DNA from: Podarcis erhardii
Lineage: Eukaryota
Assembly: GCA_964252035.1 (NCBI GenBank)
Contig: OZ176213.1
DNA: 64,000 nt
Reading direction: 5' to 3' (one strand)
Below are positions 1 to 12,063 of the stretch, piece after piece. The position numbers and the translations under genes were made by a program. Position 1 is the first letter of the stretch. Every line of letters begins with the position of its first letter. The notes beneath the pieces were generated by a model that made no database searches, was not told the origin of the DNA, and worked only from the letters and a program-made list of their open reading frames with translations.

Positions 1-169
1 GCGGTACCTATTTATCTACTTGCACTTTGACGTGCTTTGGAACTGCTAGGTTGGCAGGAGCAGGGACCGAGCAACGGGAGCTCACCCCATTGCGGGGATT
101 CGAACCGCTGACCTTCTGATCGGCAAGTCCTAGGCTCTGTGGTTTAACCCACAGCGCCACCCGCGTCCC
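1..169 (-). mobile_element. Sauria SINE, 5' half (cut by window edge)
   Basis: Reverse complement reads GGGACGCGGGTGGCGCTGTGGGTTAAACCACAGAGCC..GGTTCGAATCCCC (tRNA-derived head), matching the full copies in this window. Confidence 0.85.
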
Positions 170-1018
170 ATGAAGGAACGTAATACACATCATTTTTTTG
201 TGTTAAAATGGATTAAGATTGTGGATTACTATAGACAATGTTGGCTATTTTCTGAGGGCTAGTTACAGATTTTCAATGTTTTGATGCGCATTGGAGATAA
301 TTTAGTGTTTTTCTTTTCTCCTCTCCTCCCCCCCACCCCAAACTTTTTGGTACGGTATGGAATATTGAATGAAATAACTAAACTGGAAAAATACAATGAA
401 AGCACCAACTTCATTCAGACTTCTAAAACTTAGACAAGCTTCAATTCTGAATTATTGAAGGTATTCAAGTTTGGTGCTGTTACCCTAGATGAGACTGCCA
501 GTTTTCATTTCTTAGTGCAGAAAGTATGGATCTGATGTGTAGAGATTTTTCCTATTCTGATTAGTTCAGGAGGATTCTGTAAGGTTTATTTCTATATGAG
601 AGAAACAGAGAGAAGGTTTCTGATGTTTTGTTTATTTCTCTGGGAAGCTGATTATAGCTGGTTTAAACTGGTTTTGTTATGTTTCTTTCAAGGCCATGCA
701 GACTATAATAATAAGGCCAGCAGGAGCCTGACTTTCACTTTCTCTTTCTCTTTGTTCTGGTGGTCTGTTCTGTATGCTGTTAAGGTTTAAGTCTTATTAT
801 AAAGTTTGTAAGTTTTATTTTAAGTGCTGCAACTGGATTTTTATGAACTGTGCCAATCCTGATTGTATTGGATTTGTGACCATTATGCTCATTTGCCTTC
901 AGCAGCACTAAAGCTCTGCTGGATGAAGTACAATTGCCTCTGGTCCATTTTTTGGAAACTCTGCTTCCAGCCCTGACGTGACAGAGCCCTTTTTAAAAGC
1001 AGTTCAGAAGAAAGAATA

Positions 1019-1251
1019 CAGTCATACCTTTGTTTTCAAACGGCTTAGTTCTCAAAACATTTTGGCTCCCAAACACCGCAAATCCGGGAGTGAGTATTTT
1101 GGTTTGTGAACTATTTCTGGTAGCCGAACATCTGACGGAGCTTCCGATTGGCTTTCAAGAGCTTCCTGCAGCCAATCAGAAGCCGCGCTTTGGTTTTGGA
1201 AGTCGAACGGACTTCTGGAACAGATTCCTTTTGACTTCCAAGGTACGACTG
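1019..1251. mobile_element. Tigger/pogo-like MITE (family C)
   Basis: TIR CAGTC[A/G]TACCTT, flanked by TA on both sides. Confidence 0.75.
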
Positions 1252-1333
1252 TATGTGACCACAGCAAGGCGTTGGTGGCATTCTGGACCAGTGCAGAAGC
1301 CTTTTCGTAAGCAAATTTCTTCTTCTCTTAAAG

Positions 1334-4300
1334 AATTCCCCGTATGAAGCGCCAGCCGCCAAAGGAGGATCCCTATGCTGTGCTCATGACTCCGGTAGAA
1401 AAAGAGTGGGTGATAAAGGTGCAAATGTTGCAGCTTCAGAGTGACAACCTTCACAGGGATGACTATTATTACCAGGTAAGTGTTGTTGTTTAGTCATATC
1501 CGACTCTTTGTGACCCCCTGGACCAGAGCACGCCAGGCATTCCTGTCTTCCACTGCCTCCCGCAGTTTGGTCAAACTCATGTTAGCAGCTTTGAGAACAC
1601 TGTCCCACCATCTCGTCCTCTGTCATCCCCTTCTCCTTGTGCCCTCCATCTTTCCCAACATCAGGGTCTTTTCCAGGGAGTCTTCTCTTCTCACGACGTG
1701 GCCAAAGTATTGGAGTCTCAGCTTCAGGATCTGTCCTTCCAGTGAGCACTCAGGGCTGATTTCCTTCAGAATGGAGAGGTTTGATCTTCTTGCAGTCCAT
1801 GGGACTCTCAAGAGTCTCCTCCAGCACCAGAATTCAAAAGCATCAATTCTTTGGGGATCAGCCTTTTATATGGTCCAGCTCTCACTTCCATACATCGCTA
1901 CTGGGAAAACCATCGCTTTAACTATACAGAGCTTTGTTCACACTTTTCCGTTCCAGCCAAGTAATGTTTATGATACATATGCCTATATAACATGTGCAGT
2001 AAAAATTCACATATTACTGGAAATATTATACAGAAATGCTTTGTACTGGGGGAAATCTACTTTGTGAAGAATACATATATTGGATGTAATTGCATACAAG
2101 GGAGTATATTGGGATAAATTAGCACTACAATGCTGGACCTCCCTCCCTGAAGAAGGCAGACTAGCTCCTGACTTGTCCTTCCATGGACAGGTAAAGACCT
2201 CCTTGTTCCAATGTGCTTTGGGGAACCGGCTGCTTTTAATGAAAAGGGTGGTGCCATGCTGTTTTTATTGTAATTATTTGTAGGTTTTAAACAGATTTCA
2301 TATATGTATTGAGTTTGAATTCTATTGGGGTTTTTAAAATTAATTTTTCTATGTTTTTAGTGCTTTTATTTCGAGACTTTGAGTCCCATTAGGGAAAATG
2401 TTGGGGTATAAATGACAATAATTAATAATGATGATGCTGATGCTGATGAACTGTTTTTAGGATATCAGAATGTGGAGAACTGAACTTAAGAAGCAAAAAA
2501 TGAGAAACTGCCACTGATAGGTTCACCCACCCCTAAGCAAGAATACTAAACCGCTCTTGAGAGGGTGGGCATAGCCTTCCAGTCACAAGGCTTGGGTCTG
2601 GGTCAGTTCTGTCTCTTGCAACTGCAGACCTGCTCTCATATGATGGGCTGCATTCTGACAACCATATTCTCCACCCCATGGTGGAGCTCCTTCCCTTGGG
2701 CTCTGTTAGGTTCGCCCAGGAAACGGAGAACTATAGTTCAAAAGGCACACATTAATCACTGTCTGTCGAGAATGGCTCAGTGAGAATTGCCGTCTTGACA
2801 GTTTTGGATGCTGGAGTTGGGGTGAGTGGGGAGCAACAGAAGTGTTGTGTGCTTCCATTGCTTTTGGTACTGAGCTGTCCTGTCCTCCCCACCCCCCAGG
2901 AATATTATCGCAAGCTGGAGCGCAAACAGGCAGAGAAGGGGCTTCTTGGAGGGTGCAAGACTGAAGTCCCCAAGCTAGTGACACCGTATATCCAGAAAGT
3001 GGAGGCATACGAATCTGGTAAGCGCTCTGCAGAAAAGAGGCTCTTCCCTAGATGTTAGAGATGCTAGGCACCTCCTGACAATCGTTTCCTCCTTCTAGTG
3101 GTGCGGATACCGGGCTCCCTGGGCCAAGTGGCAGTGTCTACGTGCTACAGTCCCCGCAGGGCTATTGATGCCGTGCACAACATCCCACTGGAACAGGTAA
3201 TGCACCTGTCCTGTTGCCTCTGGCTTGCCAGAAGCTGGGACTCGACTCCACCGATTTGCTGCATGTGAACCTGAAGTCTCTTCCATATATATCATCAGTG
3301 GGACCTTCCAACCCATGGGCCTTGTCTCGCCAGGCCATTTGGGCTAACCATGCCTGATTTCCTGGGCCTTGGAGTCCCATGAATGCTGGGCATGGGGAAG
3401 TTTGAGGAAAGTTCTTCATTTGCAGTTGTCACCAGAATTCAAGTTGGGTTGCAAAGGAAGAATCTTCTCTGCAGCTGCTGCTAGAACCGCCTGACACGTG
3501 ACACAAGATGATTTATGGTTGGGCGGCCCTGTTCACCTGTCAGTGGTCCACAGCGGATGGTTGTTCCCCACCCCCTAATAAGTAGGGCATGTTATTAACT
3601 GGCGGGTGGACGGTATATTCTATCGGCTTTTTCCTCCTGTTTTTCACACCACTTCTAATTGACCAGTGGAATTCTGGCCGCCTTGTTGTATTCCGTAAAC
3701 GGAAACGGCCCCACTGGAAACTGTATTGCAGAGCCCCCTGAACTGTTAATGTAGCATCCAGGGATGCCAAGCTGGTGCTGGTTGCTCTGCTGTTGAAAAC
3801 TAACACATGTTCCCCCTCCCTTTTTTTATCCATCTTCTGAAGGCTGTGGGTAATCAGCGACTGCAAGTGCTATATGAAATTGAGAAGGTGAGTCACTGAG
3901 ATAGCTTTGGAAGGCAGTTCTGTGTTTGTTTGGTTTTTAAGCCAGTGTCCTTGGAGTGCGGCAAGGCCAGTACCAGAAGCATTATTGTTGATTAACTCTT
4001 GTTTGGCTTTGTATTTATGTATTTAAACATTGATTTGGGGGGGGGGGGTGTTTGGTAATACAGTGGTACCTTGGTTCCCGAACGGCTTAGTTGTCGAACA
4101 AATCGGCTCCCGAATGCCACAAACCCGGAAGTAAGTGTTCTGGTTTGCGAACGTTTTTTGTTTTTTTGTTTTTTTAAATAATATTTATTCAAATTTTAAA
4201 GATTACAAAGAGAAAATTAGAAAAAAACAAAAAATAAAAATAAAAAAGTACAAAAAATACAATACAAAAATACAAACAAATCGAAAAAAGAAAAAAGAGA

Positions 4301-7300
4301 AGAAAAAACAGCTCAAACTTTTACATAACTTTCTTTCCTTTGCTTATTTCCTTGACCTCCTCACACCTCCCTTTTTTGTATTCTGGTTCAATTAGATATT
4401 TCAGCAAATCCTTTCTAGCTTTGTTTTTATCCTAATAATTTATATTAATATACTGTAATTTTACATTCTCGTCTTCCTCCAATTAAAAAATCAATTTTTA
4501 CCTAATCCTTTATATCATTTCTGCTAAAACCACATGGTTTGCGAACGTTTTTTGGAAGCCGAATGTCCAACGTGGCTTCAGCGGCTTCCATTTGAATGCA
4601 GGTATCTCCTGCAGCCAATCAGACGCCCCGCCTTGGTTTTCAAATGGTTTCAGGAGTTGAACGGACTCCCGGAACGGATTAAGTTCAAGAATTGTATTGA
4701 TATATTCTGCATTTGTTGAATTGTTTATTTTTGTCATTCGAATTTACTAACATGTTCTGTATTTTGTATGTTTGTATTTTCAATGTTTTGATGCATTTGA
4801 ATGTTTGCTGCAAGCTGCTTTGGGTACAGCTTATTGTGCAAAAGCAGCATATTAGTAAACTCCATCAGTCTCTATTCAGAAAGGCAGTGTGTGCTCTTCT
4901 TCCTCCAGTCACATACCCACCCCCTTTGTCCCCACAACAAAGAGCTTGACAATATGAAACTCAGGATCATGGCATTCCAGTGGAGCAGATTCCTAGTGTG
5001 GTGTATCCAACACAGGCAATGTCATGACTACAGATGATGATGATGATGCCTAGAAACTCTTGCAGAGTTGTTAGCAAATAGCTCTGATCAGCTAGAACTC
5101 TGCACATGCCTCCAGAACTGAGTGCTTTGGCTGAGTTAATGAAATAGTCATAGAATATGAGAAAAGCCCCTACAGTGTGAACCAGTCACAAGTACAGTGG
5201 TACCTCTGGTTACGAACTTAATTCGTTCCGGAGGTCCGTTCTTAACCTGAAACCCGAGGTACCACTTTAGCTAATGGCATAGCTGTCAACTTTCAGATTT
5301 GAAAAATAAGGGATCAGCAGCCTCGAAAATAAGGGATCAGCAGCCTCACCTGTCCCGGGGACAGTCTACGGGATATCTAACAATCCGGGATAGCAGCGGG
5401 AAACGGTGCTGGAATAAGGGAATTTCCCGCAAAAAAGGGAAGGTTGACAGCTATGGCTAATGGGGCTTCCCGCTGCCGCCGCATCGCCACCGCACAATTT
5501 CCTTTCTTATCCTGGGGCAAGTTCTTAACCCGGTACTACTACTGGGTTAGCGGAGTCTGTAACCCGAAGTGTTTGTAACCCGAGGTGTTTGTAACCCGAG
5601 ATACCACTGTGGTAGATTGCAATTGCCTAATTGATGGGAGTTGTAATCCAGCCACATCAGTTTGCAGGTTGCTGGACAAAACTGCTACCTGCCCCCTAGT
5701 GACCCTGCCAAAAGATTTTACATTGCAAAAGTAAAAACTAACTAAAGCATAATTCCTTGGCGCGGGGTGTACATGTACATGCCTGTGGTGCCTGAGCATG
5801 TGATCCTTAATGCTAGCACCAAATTAAGGGTTTGAACACTGTTTGGAGAATAGTTGATTCATGCTCCTGAACTTGTGGCTTTGTGACACTGCTGGCCCTA
5901 AACAAGTTTAGGAGACTCCGTGGAAAATGGAGGCATGGATTTCTCTACAGTTCCGATGAACTCTAGGTAAGAAAATACCATCTGCTGCCTTCCCTTTGCC
6001 CCCCCCAAAAAAATTGGCAGATGGGAGATAACAGGGGAAACAGCAACCACCTAGAGAGCACAGCTAGACGCTCAGCAAATATACCGTATTTTTCGCTCTA
6101 TAAGACGCACTTTTTCCCTCCTAAAAAGAAAGGGAAAATGTGAGTGCGTCCTATGGAGCGAATGCAGGCTGCGCGGCTAAGCCAGAAGCCAGAACAGGGA
6201 GAGGGAGTGCTGTGCAGCGCTCTGTCTCGCTGTTCTAGCTTCAGGGTTAGCGGCGCAAAGCCTTCACAGGGCAGCGGGGTGCCTTCATCCTGCTGCCCTC
6301 CGGAGGCTTCATGGACTGTCCCAGAAGCCTCCGCAGGGCACGGGGATGAAGGCTCCTGCGGAGGCTTCATGCAAAGCTAGACCAGCTAGAGGGAGCACTG
6401 CGCAGCCCTCCCTCTAGCTATTCTGGCTTTTGGATGACCCTGCGAAGCTATCCCAGCTATCCCAGCGGCTATCCCAGAAGCCAGAACAGCAAGAGGCGAT
6501 CCCAGAAGCCAGATCCCTCTTGCTGTTCTGGCTTCTGGGATTCAGATTTTTTTTTTTCTTGTTTCCTCCCCCCCAAACTAGGTGTGTCCTATTGTCTGGT
6601 GCGTCCTATAGAGCAAAAAATACGGTAGTTGGCTAAAGAGCTGCCCTGTCAAAGACGGTGGTTTTATGGATCTTGTTGGTGTGTTCCTGAAACAGATGTA
6701 CCTGCAGCTGCTGGATATAGAAGATGGTCAGCGGAAACTGGAGCAGGTGCCAGAGGAGGAGCACCTCCACTTCTGTGAGAAATTTGCGCGTGAGCTGGGA
6801 CATATCTATCAAGCCCTAAGAATCGGAGAGCAGAATTCGGAAAAGTGAGTCCAGGGGGAATATTTGCGGCAGTGATGGTACATGAGATGGGTGTTAGGAT
6901 GAAGAAGATGATGATTATTCTGGCCACGTGTCTGTGGACCCACCTCTATCCATCAGGCCAGCTGCCTACTTAGGTTATCAGGCCGCTGGCAATTTCTACT
7001 GGTTCATACCATCCTCCCTCTCTAGCGGAAGAGCCAGGAGATGTATAGGGCTGTATAAAGATCTGCTGGAAGAATACTCAACACAGATAAGCAAAGAACT
7101 TGAGCCAATCAAAAATTTTCTCTTGGAATGTTTGGGCCTGCTTACTTCCCTGACTGAGCTAATTAGGAGAAAAGAAGGCTGCCGTCCCCATAAAGCAGTC
7201 GACAACAAGCCAAATGGAAATATAATCCAGTCAGGCACGAAAAACAGAAAAACAACTAGAACTAAACCAGGCCAGGTGGAAAAACCACTTGCCCCCAAGA

Positions 7301-10083
7301 AATCGTCCTTAAAGGGAAAGTGTTCAATGCACAAGAAGAAGAAAGAGCCAGGAGATGTTCTGTTCTGTTAAACAGCCAGGTCTGAAGTCCAGACAGCACT
7401 AGGTAGAACATAACCATGGGCCTTTATGTTTACGCATTGGGTATGTTTTAGGCCCCTTTCTAGACTCTCATGGTGCTTTGGCAGTGAGATACATGTGTGG
7501 ACCAACTGGTCTTTTCCTTCCAGGGAAGCCAAAGATGAGTTCTTTCAGATCCTGCTTGTGGGAAAAGGCAGGAGGCTGGTGGCCCGTCTGTTGCCACACT
7601 TGTCGCAGGAGCAGGCCAAGCAGGTCCTTGTCAGCATCACCCAGCACCTACCGTTTCTCCTTCAGAAGGACATGATGGATGAGGTATCTGTCCTGTGTGT
7701 TCCACTTCTCCCTAAAACCATCTGCATCATTGATGACCTTGTTATGAGGCTCCCATTATAAATTGACTTTTGGGGTGCAAAAAGGGCTTGCACTAAAATA
7801 AGACATTTAAATTGGGTTGTGGGGGGAGCTAAACTGCATTGCTTGCACAATTTAATTTACACCAGATTTTCTTGCATAACCAGACCCAAGTAGGGCAGTG
7901 AAGCCTTGCCCCAAGCCAACAGAAAACTGAAATATGTGCACAGCTTTGTGGAAGCTGAAATGTGTAAGATGGGCTGTGTCTTTACTGAATGAACCGAAAA
8001 TGTTGCTTGAATCCTGTTAGGCTGAGAGTCAGACTGCAGAATTTTTCAGAGAGTAGCCAGTAACCCTTGCTTGATAGGTTGTAAGGGTTTGGGTTAAATT
8101 TATCAAGCCCATCCTGTTCTGGGAGTAGAAACTTCATTTCTCTTAACAGGCTCAGTTTATAGAAATAAAGACCTATAACTCTTAACACTACTTCCTTTGG
8201 TGTTAAGAGTTCTCTATCCCATAGATTAGGTTTATTAACTCTTAAAGGACAAGCAAGCTTGATATTAACATTTATCCTTTCAATTTACTCCTTCCATGTT
8301 CTGTGGACTTGGTAGTCTCTGCCCATTCTCTACGGTCCTCTCTGTGATGTCATTGAGCAGTTGACCTTCAGTGAGATGATAGACCTCTTACAGGAGCTAA
8401 CCAGATTGCAGCCAGAGTCTGTCCAGCAATCGCTTGCTATGGTGTTTGGGAACAAGGTAAGTTTGGGGACAGGGCTTTGAAACTTTCCTGGGGGTCCTTA
8501 GTATTTGCCAGTATCGGTGTGGTTTTATGCCACCTTAACCTCGAGGTTGGCATTGAGTGAGGTGGGTTCTATTGCTGCTGTTCCCTTGCTAACATTTCAT
8601 GCTGTGCCCTCTTCTCTCCTTGCCTCTCCAAGTTTGCCATCTCACTTCTATACCTTCTGCTGAGTCACGGGGAGAGATGTCTCTCCTCCGGAATGCCCCT
8701 GAACCCCCGCAACGGAGACTTTGAAAAATGGTGAGGTGGCATCTGTTGGGCAGGGTAGTCCCAAGTAATTTGTGTCTGCAGACACCAAGCCTCTTAACCA
8801 TCTCCGTCCTTTTTTTTTCTCTCCTCCCCCTCTTCCCTTTTCTTCCCCTTAGGGTGGATATAGTGCTCCTTGTTGCTAGGGAGCTGTCTCAGGTACCCAA
8901 GGCATCGATGGTAGAGCCATTTCACCTCCCCAGCAACCTCCTTTTTCTCTTCTGCCGCTATGTAGACAAAGACATGGCAAACCACTTAGATGCCAAGATG
9001 GAGTAAGTTTTGGGCATTGACAGAGAGCAGGTAGATAAGTACTTGGAGGAGTGGGGGAAGAGCATGTCATGTAGAGTGGTTGGGGAAACCCAGCCAGATG
9101 GGTGGGGTATTTATTCTTATTCTTATTCTTATTCTTATTCTTATTCTTATTTCAAGTGAACTCTTACATACAGTGGAGACGGTATTAGTTTGAATGGGGT
9201 ACTGTCCCACCAATCTCATCTCAGTCAGGCGACTGCCTGTCTCCTTAAAACCACCCAGTGGGGTAGCCCTGGCTGTCAGGTTCCTCCTCACTCCGTTTTG
9301 CCATTTGTTAATTCGGCAGCGAGAGTGATGGGGGGGGGGGCCAAACGAGAACCAGCTGGTCCCCTGTCTCATTGGCTCTGGCTTCATCTACTGCTGGTCT
9401 CCCTGTCTCTCCACCCCGCCAGTCCAAATGAGCACCAGTGACCACCGCTGACACAAATAACATGTCAGAACCCAGATGTAAGGCAAACTGCAAATTGGAG
9501 CATAGCAGGCGACTGGAGAGAAAATTCTCCTACAGGAACATGTCCTTTTCTAGCTATTTGCTTTTGGTCTCATCTCATGGTGGATCCCTGTATATGATGG
9601 CTTGTTGCTCTTGGAAATGAAGGGCCCATTATGGGCAATATGAGTTCATTGTTTTCCCTGCCAGAAAACTCACTGCTTTCACTATGCTTATTTTCATGTT
9701 CAACATGCTACACTGCACTGATAGACCACTGGCCCCATTAGCTCAGTATTGTCTACCTTGACTGCCAGAGGTAGTCTCGGGTTTCAGATTATGGCTTCTC
9801 CCAGACCTACCAGGAGATGCCTGGGACCATCTGCTCTACCACTGACCACTGTCCTCTTAACATTGAAGGACCCTTGCTATTGTTTACATTTACTTGTTGC
9901 CACCTCCTGACACAGCCAAGAGATTGCATATATTGATATGTGAGATACTTTGGGGGCCTTTAGGCTGCTGTGAGCACCATACATTTTTGGATAGCGATGC
10001 TGTTCTCAGCAGAACTCTTCCACATTGTAATTTCTTTTAGGTGGGCTTCCTTTGACTACCTGGCTGAGAACCTTGATTTCTGA
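1334..10083 (+). CDS. PATL2: Protein PAT1 homolog 2, 3' ten coding exons (5' exons lie upstream of the window)
   Basis: Exons 1334-1475, 2900-3017, 3099-3196, 3843-3887, 6696-6844, 7524-7683, 8316-8456, 8633-8730, 8853-9002, 10041-10083; all AG/GT with phases consistent (380 aa + TGA). Peptides [79 protein letters not shown] and [17 protein letters not shown] match the Pat1 family and are closer to PATL2 than to PATL1. The last exon is the least certain. Confidence 0.9.
1481..1938 (-). mobile_element. RTE/Bov-B LINE, 5'-truncated 3' end
   Basis: Minus strand encodes [56 protein letters not shown] (Bov-B ORF C-terminus); (CAA)n tail; no TSD found. Confidence 0.9.
4061..4690. mobile_element. 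Tigger-like MITE (family C), interrupted, right TIR missing
   Basis: TA-CAGTGGTACC start; body matches the 1019, 50108 and 55196 copies; split by the insert at 4161-4534. Confidence 0.7.
4161..4534 (-). mobile_element. 5'-truncated L1-type 3' end with A-rich tail
   Basis: T-rich tail at the left end; 20-bp TSD TGGTTTGCGAACGTTTTTTG at 4141-4160 and 4535-4554; target resembles the L1 endonuclease TTTT/RR site. Family assignment is inferred. Confidence 0.65.
5195..5609. mobile_element. Tigger-like MITE (family A) with nested hAT MITE
   Basis: TIR CAGTGGTA(C/T)CTC; body matches the 21251, 46362 and 61326 copies. Confidence 0.8.
5278..5455. mobile_element. hAT-type MITE, 178 bp
   Basis: TIR CATAGCTGTCAAC (13 bp perfect); 8-bp TSD GCTAATGG at 5270-5277 and 5456-5463; internal 22-bp direct repeat. 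Confidence 0.85.
6084..6625. mobile_element. Tc1/mariner (pogo/Tc2-like) non-autonomous element
   Basis: 27-bp TIR CCGTATTTTT[C/T]GCTCTATA[A/G]GACGCAC (25/27 match), TA flanks, internal 26-bp inverted repeat 6471-6496 / 6516-6541. Confidence 0.85.
9112..9150. repeat. (TTATTC)n microsatellite, tail of a retroelement remnant
   Basis: About 6 perfect units. Confidence 0.9.
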
Positions 10084-10240
10084 GTAGCAGAATGAGAGAT
10101 GTGGAATGGCAGCAAGCCCTGGCCAAAGCAGGCTGGGGAAAGCTATAAGAGCCCTTGCTCAAGTGCTTCCTGTTTAACATCCTTGTATGGTTCACATTCT
10201 ATGCATGCAAATGGTGGACCCATTATGAGCTGCTTTGCTA

Positions 10241-12063
10241 AATAAAAATGGGAGGCAGGGTAGTAGCTAATGCCTGGGTGGCCAGAAACCTGTGTAAGCT
10301 TCATGTTTTGCAAATATAATTGTGGAACGGTTCCTTGTAGTTGGTAAAATTGGATAAAAGGAGATTGGAGAGAGCTCTTCACTGGGGCTGCCACAGAATA
10401 GCTGAAGCCTTGCAGCAGGCATAGCCAAAGTGGTGTCCTCTCAATGTTTTGTACTACAACTCCTCTAATCTCTTGACCATTAGCTACACTGGCTGGGGCT
10501 GATGAGAGATGTGTTGCAAAACAATATGCAGAGCACTACATTGGCTAACCCTGCTTTATAGAACGCAGTTGGCCACTGATGGGAACTAATTTTCCCCTTT
10601 GATTCCTGATTTGCTTTCCTTTATGTTTCAGGTGATTGGTTTCTGCCTTCATGAGCTTTCGCAACACTTAGAGCCTCCTTTGTTGCTGCAGCGTGATCTT
10701 CGGTGGTAGTATCAGTCTTCGAGAGGCCTGGCTGTAGCTAGAACACAGTGGTTGTTTAAAGAAAACGATTATTTAATTCACAAATTCTGCTTTTGTTTGT
10801 GGTATGACGTGGTTCCCCCCCCCCCAAGTGCTCTGTGCTAATTGTAGATATTCAGTGCTAGCTCAGCACATAAACTGAGCCTGAAATGAGTGAACACAGG
10901 CTTGCCTGTACAGTAAATACTAGGTTGTGGGGGATGAACTTTGATTTTTACAATATCTTGTGTACAGCACTTATACAATAAAAGCAAATAAAACTAGTTT
11001 GAAATATTGGATCTTGCAGGTGAGGGGGCGCATAGTTGCCCTAAGAAAGATTGTGCATCTTTTCTTTGTTAATATTTAACTTTTCCTACAGATGTGGGTG
11101 AGACCTTTGAAGGCGGTGGAACTCCTGCCACTGCCTTGAACAGGATGCTAATTGTATCACTTGAAGTTCCATGTTTCATTTTTTTTCCAGTCTTTTCATT
11201 AGGACTGTGCGTGGGTTAACCATTTCCTCCCCCATTGTAGTCCCTATTAAATTGCCTCTACGCTGCTATGAAGGCCAGTGGCAGCTTTCACCTGGGACTA
11301 TCATAGTGCGGGAGGAAAGGTTCAACCTTCTTGCAGTCCCCTCCACCTTTTTTTCTTTTAATAAAAATGAAAATGCAATTTCCCCTTCTTTTCTGCTCCT
11401 TTTTTCTCCCGACCCCCGTCCTGGCCTGTTAATAGTAGAAGAGAGAGAAGACATTTAATTTCAAGGGCTGTGTTTTTCAGTATTGTATGTAAGTTGGTCC
11501 TTTATATTACATGAACTGCAAGCACTGGGAGAGATCTGGCTTGATGCTACATCAGAATGAGTTGTTGATCTTCAGAGATTGTTAGTGTCTGTAACTGGAG
11601 CTAGATGACCACTCTTTTTCAGAATAGAAAGGGCTTGCTGCTTTCAAATGTACAAACACACCCAATTTTTATCTCTGTTAAACAGACTTTTTTCCAAAAA
11701 GTACAGACACTTGTGTGCTGCTGTCTGGTTCTGGTATATNNNNNNNNNNNNNNNNNNNNNNNNNNNNNNNNNNNNNNNNNNNNNNNNNNNNNNNNNNNNN
11801 NNNNNNNNNNNNNNNNNNNNNNNNNNNNNNNNNNNNNNNNNNNNNNNNNNNNNNNNNNNNNNNNNNNNNNNNNNNNNNNNNNNNNNNNNNNNNNTTTGGA
11901 ACACTGCTTTATGTTGTTGCAATTATTAATATGCTATGCCAGATGCTGTAGGATATTTCAGTGTATTTTTAATGCTGCTGTTATTTATTACATATTTCAT
12001 TTCATTGTTTTGCAAATAGAACTGCAGTACAGTTAGAATATACAAAATAAAAGCAGCAATAAA
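10241..12063 (+). terminator. Candidate PATL2 poly(A) signals
   Basis: AATAAA at 10241-10246, 10977-10982 + 10987-10992, and 12046-12051 + 12058-12063. Which are used cannot be seen from DNA. Confidence 0.5.
11740..11894. other. Assembly gap (155 N)
   Basis: Run of N. Confidence 1.

Noticed and set aside
7684-8315. U12-type intron in PATL2 (donor GTATCTGT, weak pyrimidine tract)
   Set aside because: Two mismatches to GTATCCTT and no TCCTTAAC branch point near the acceptor.
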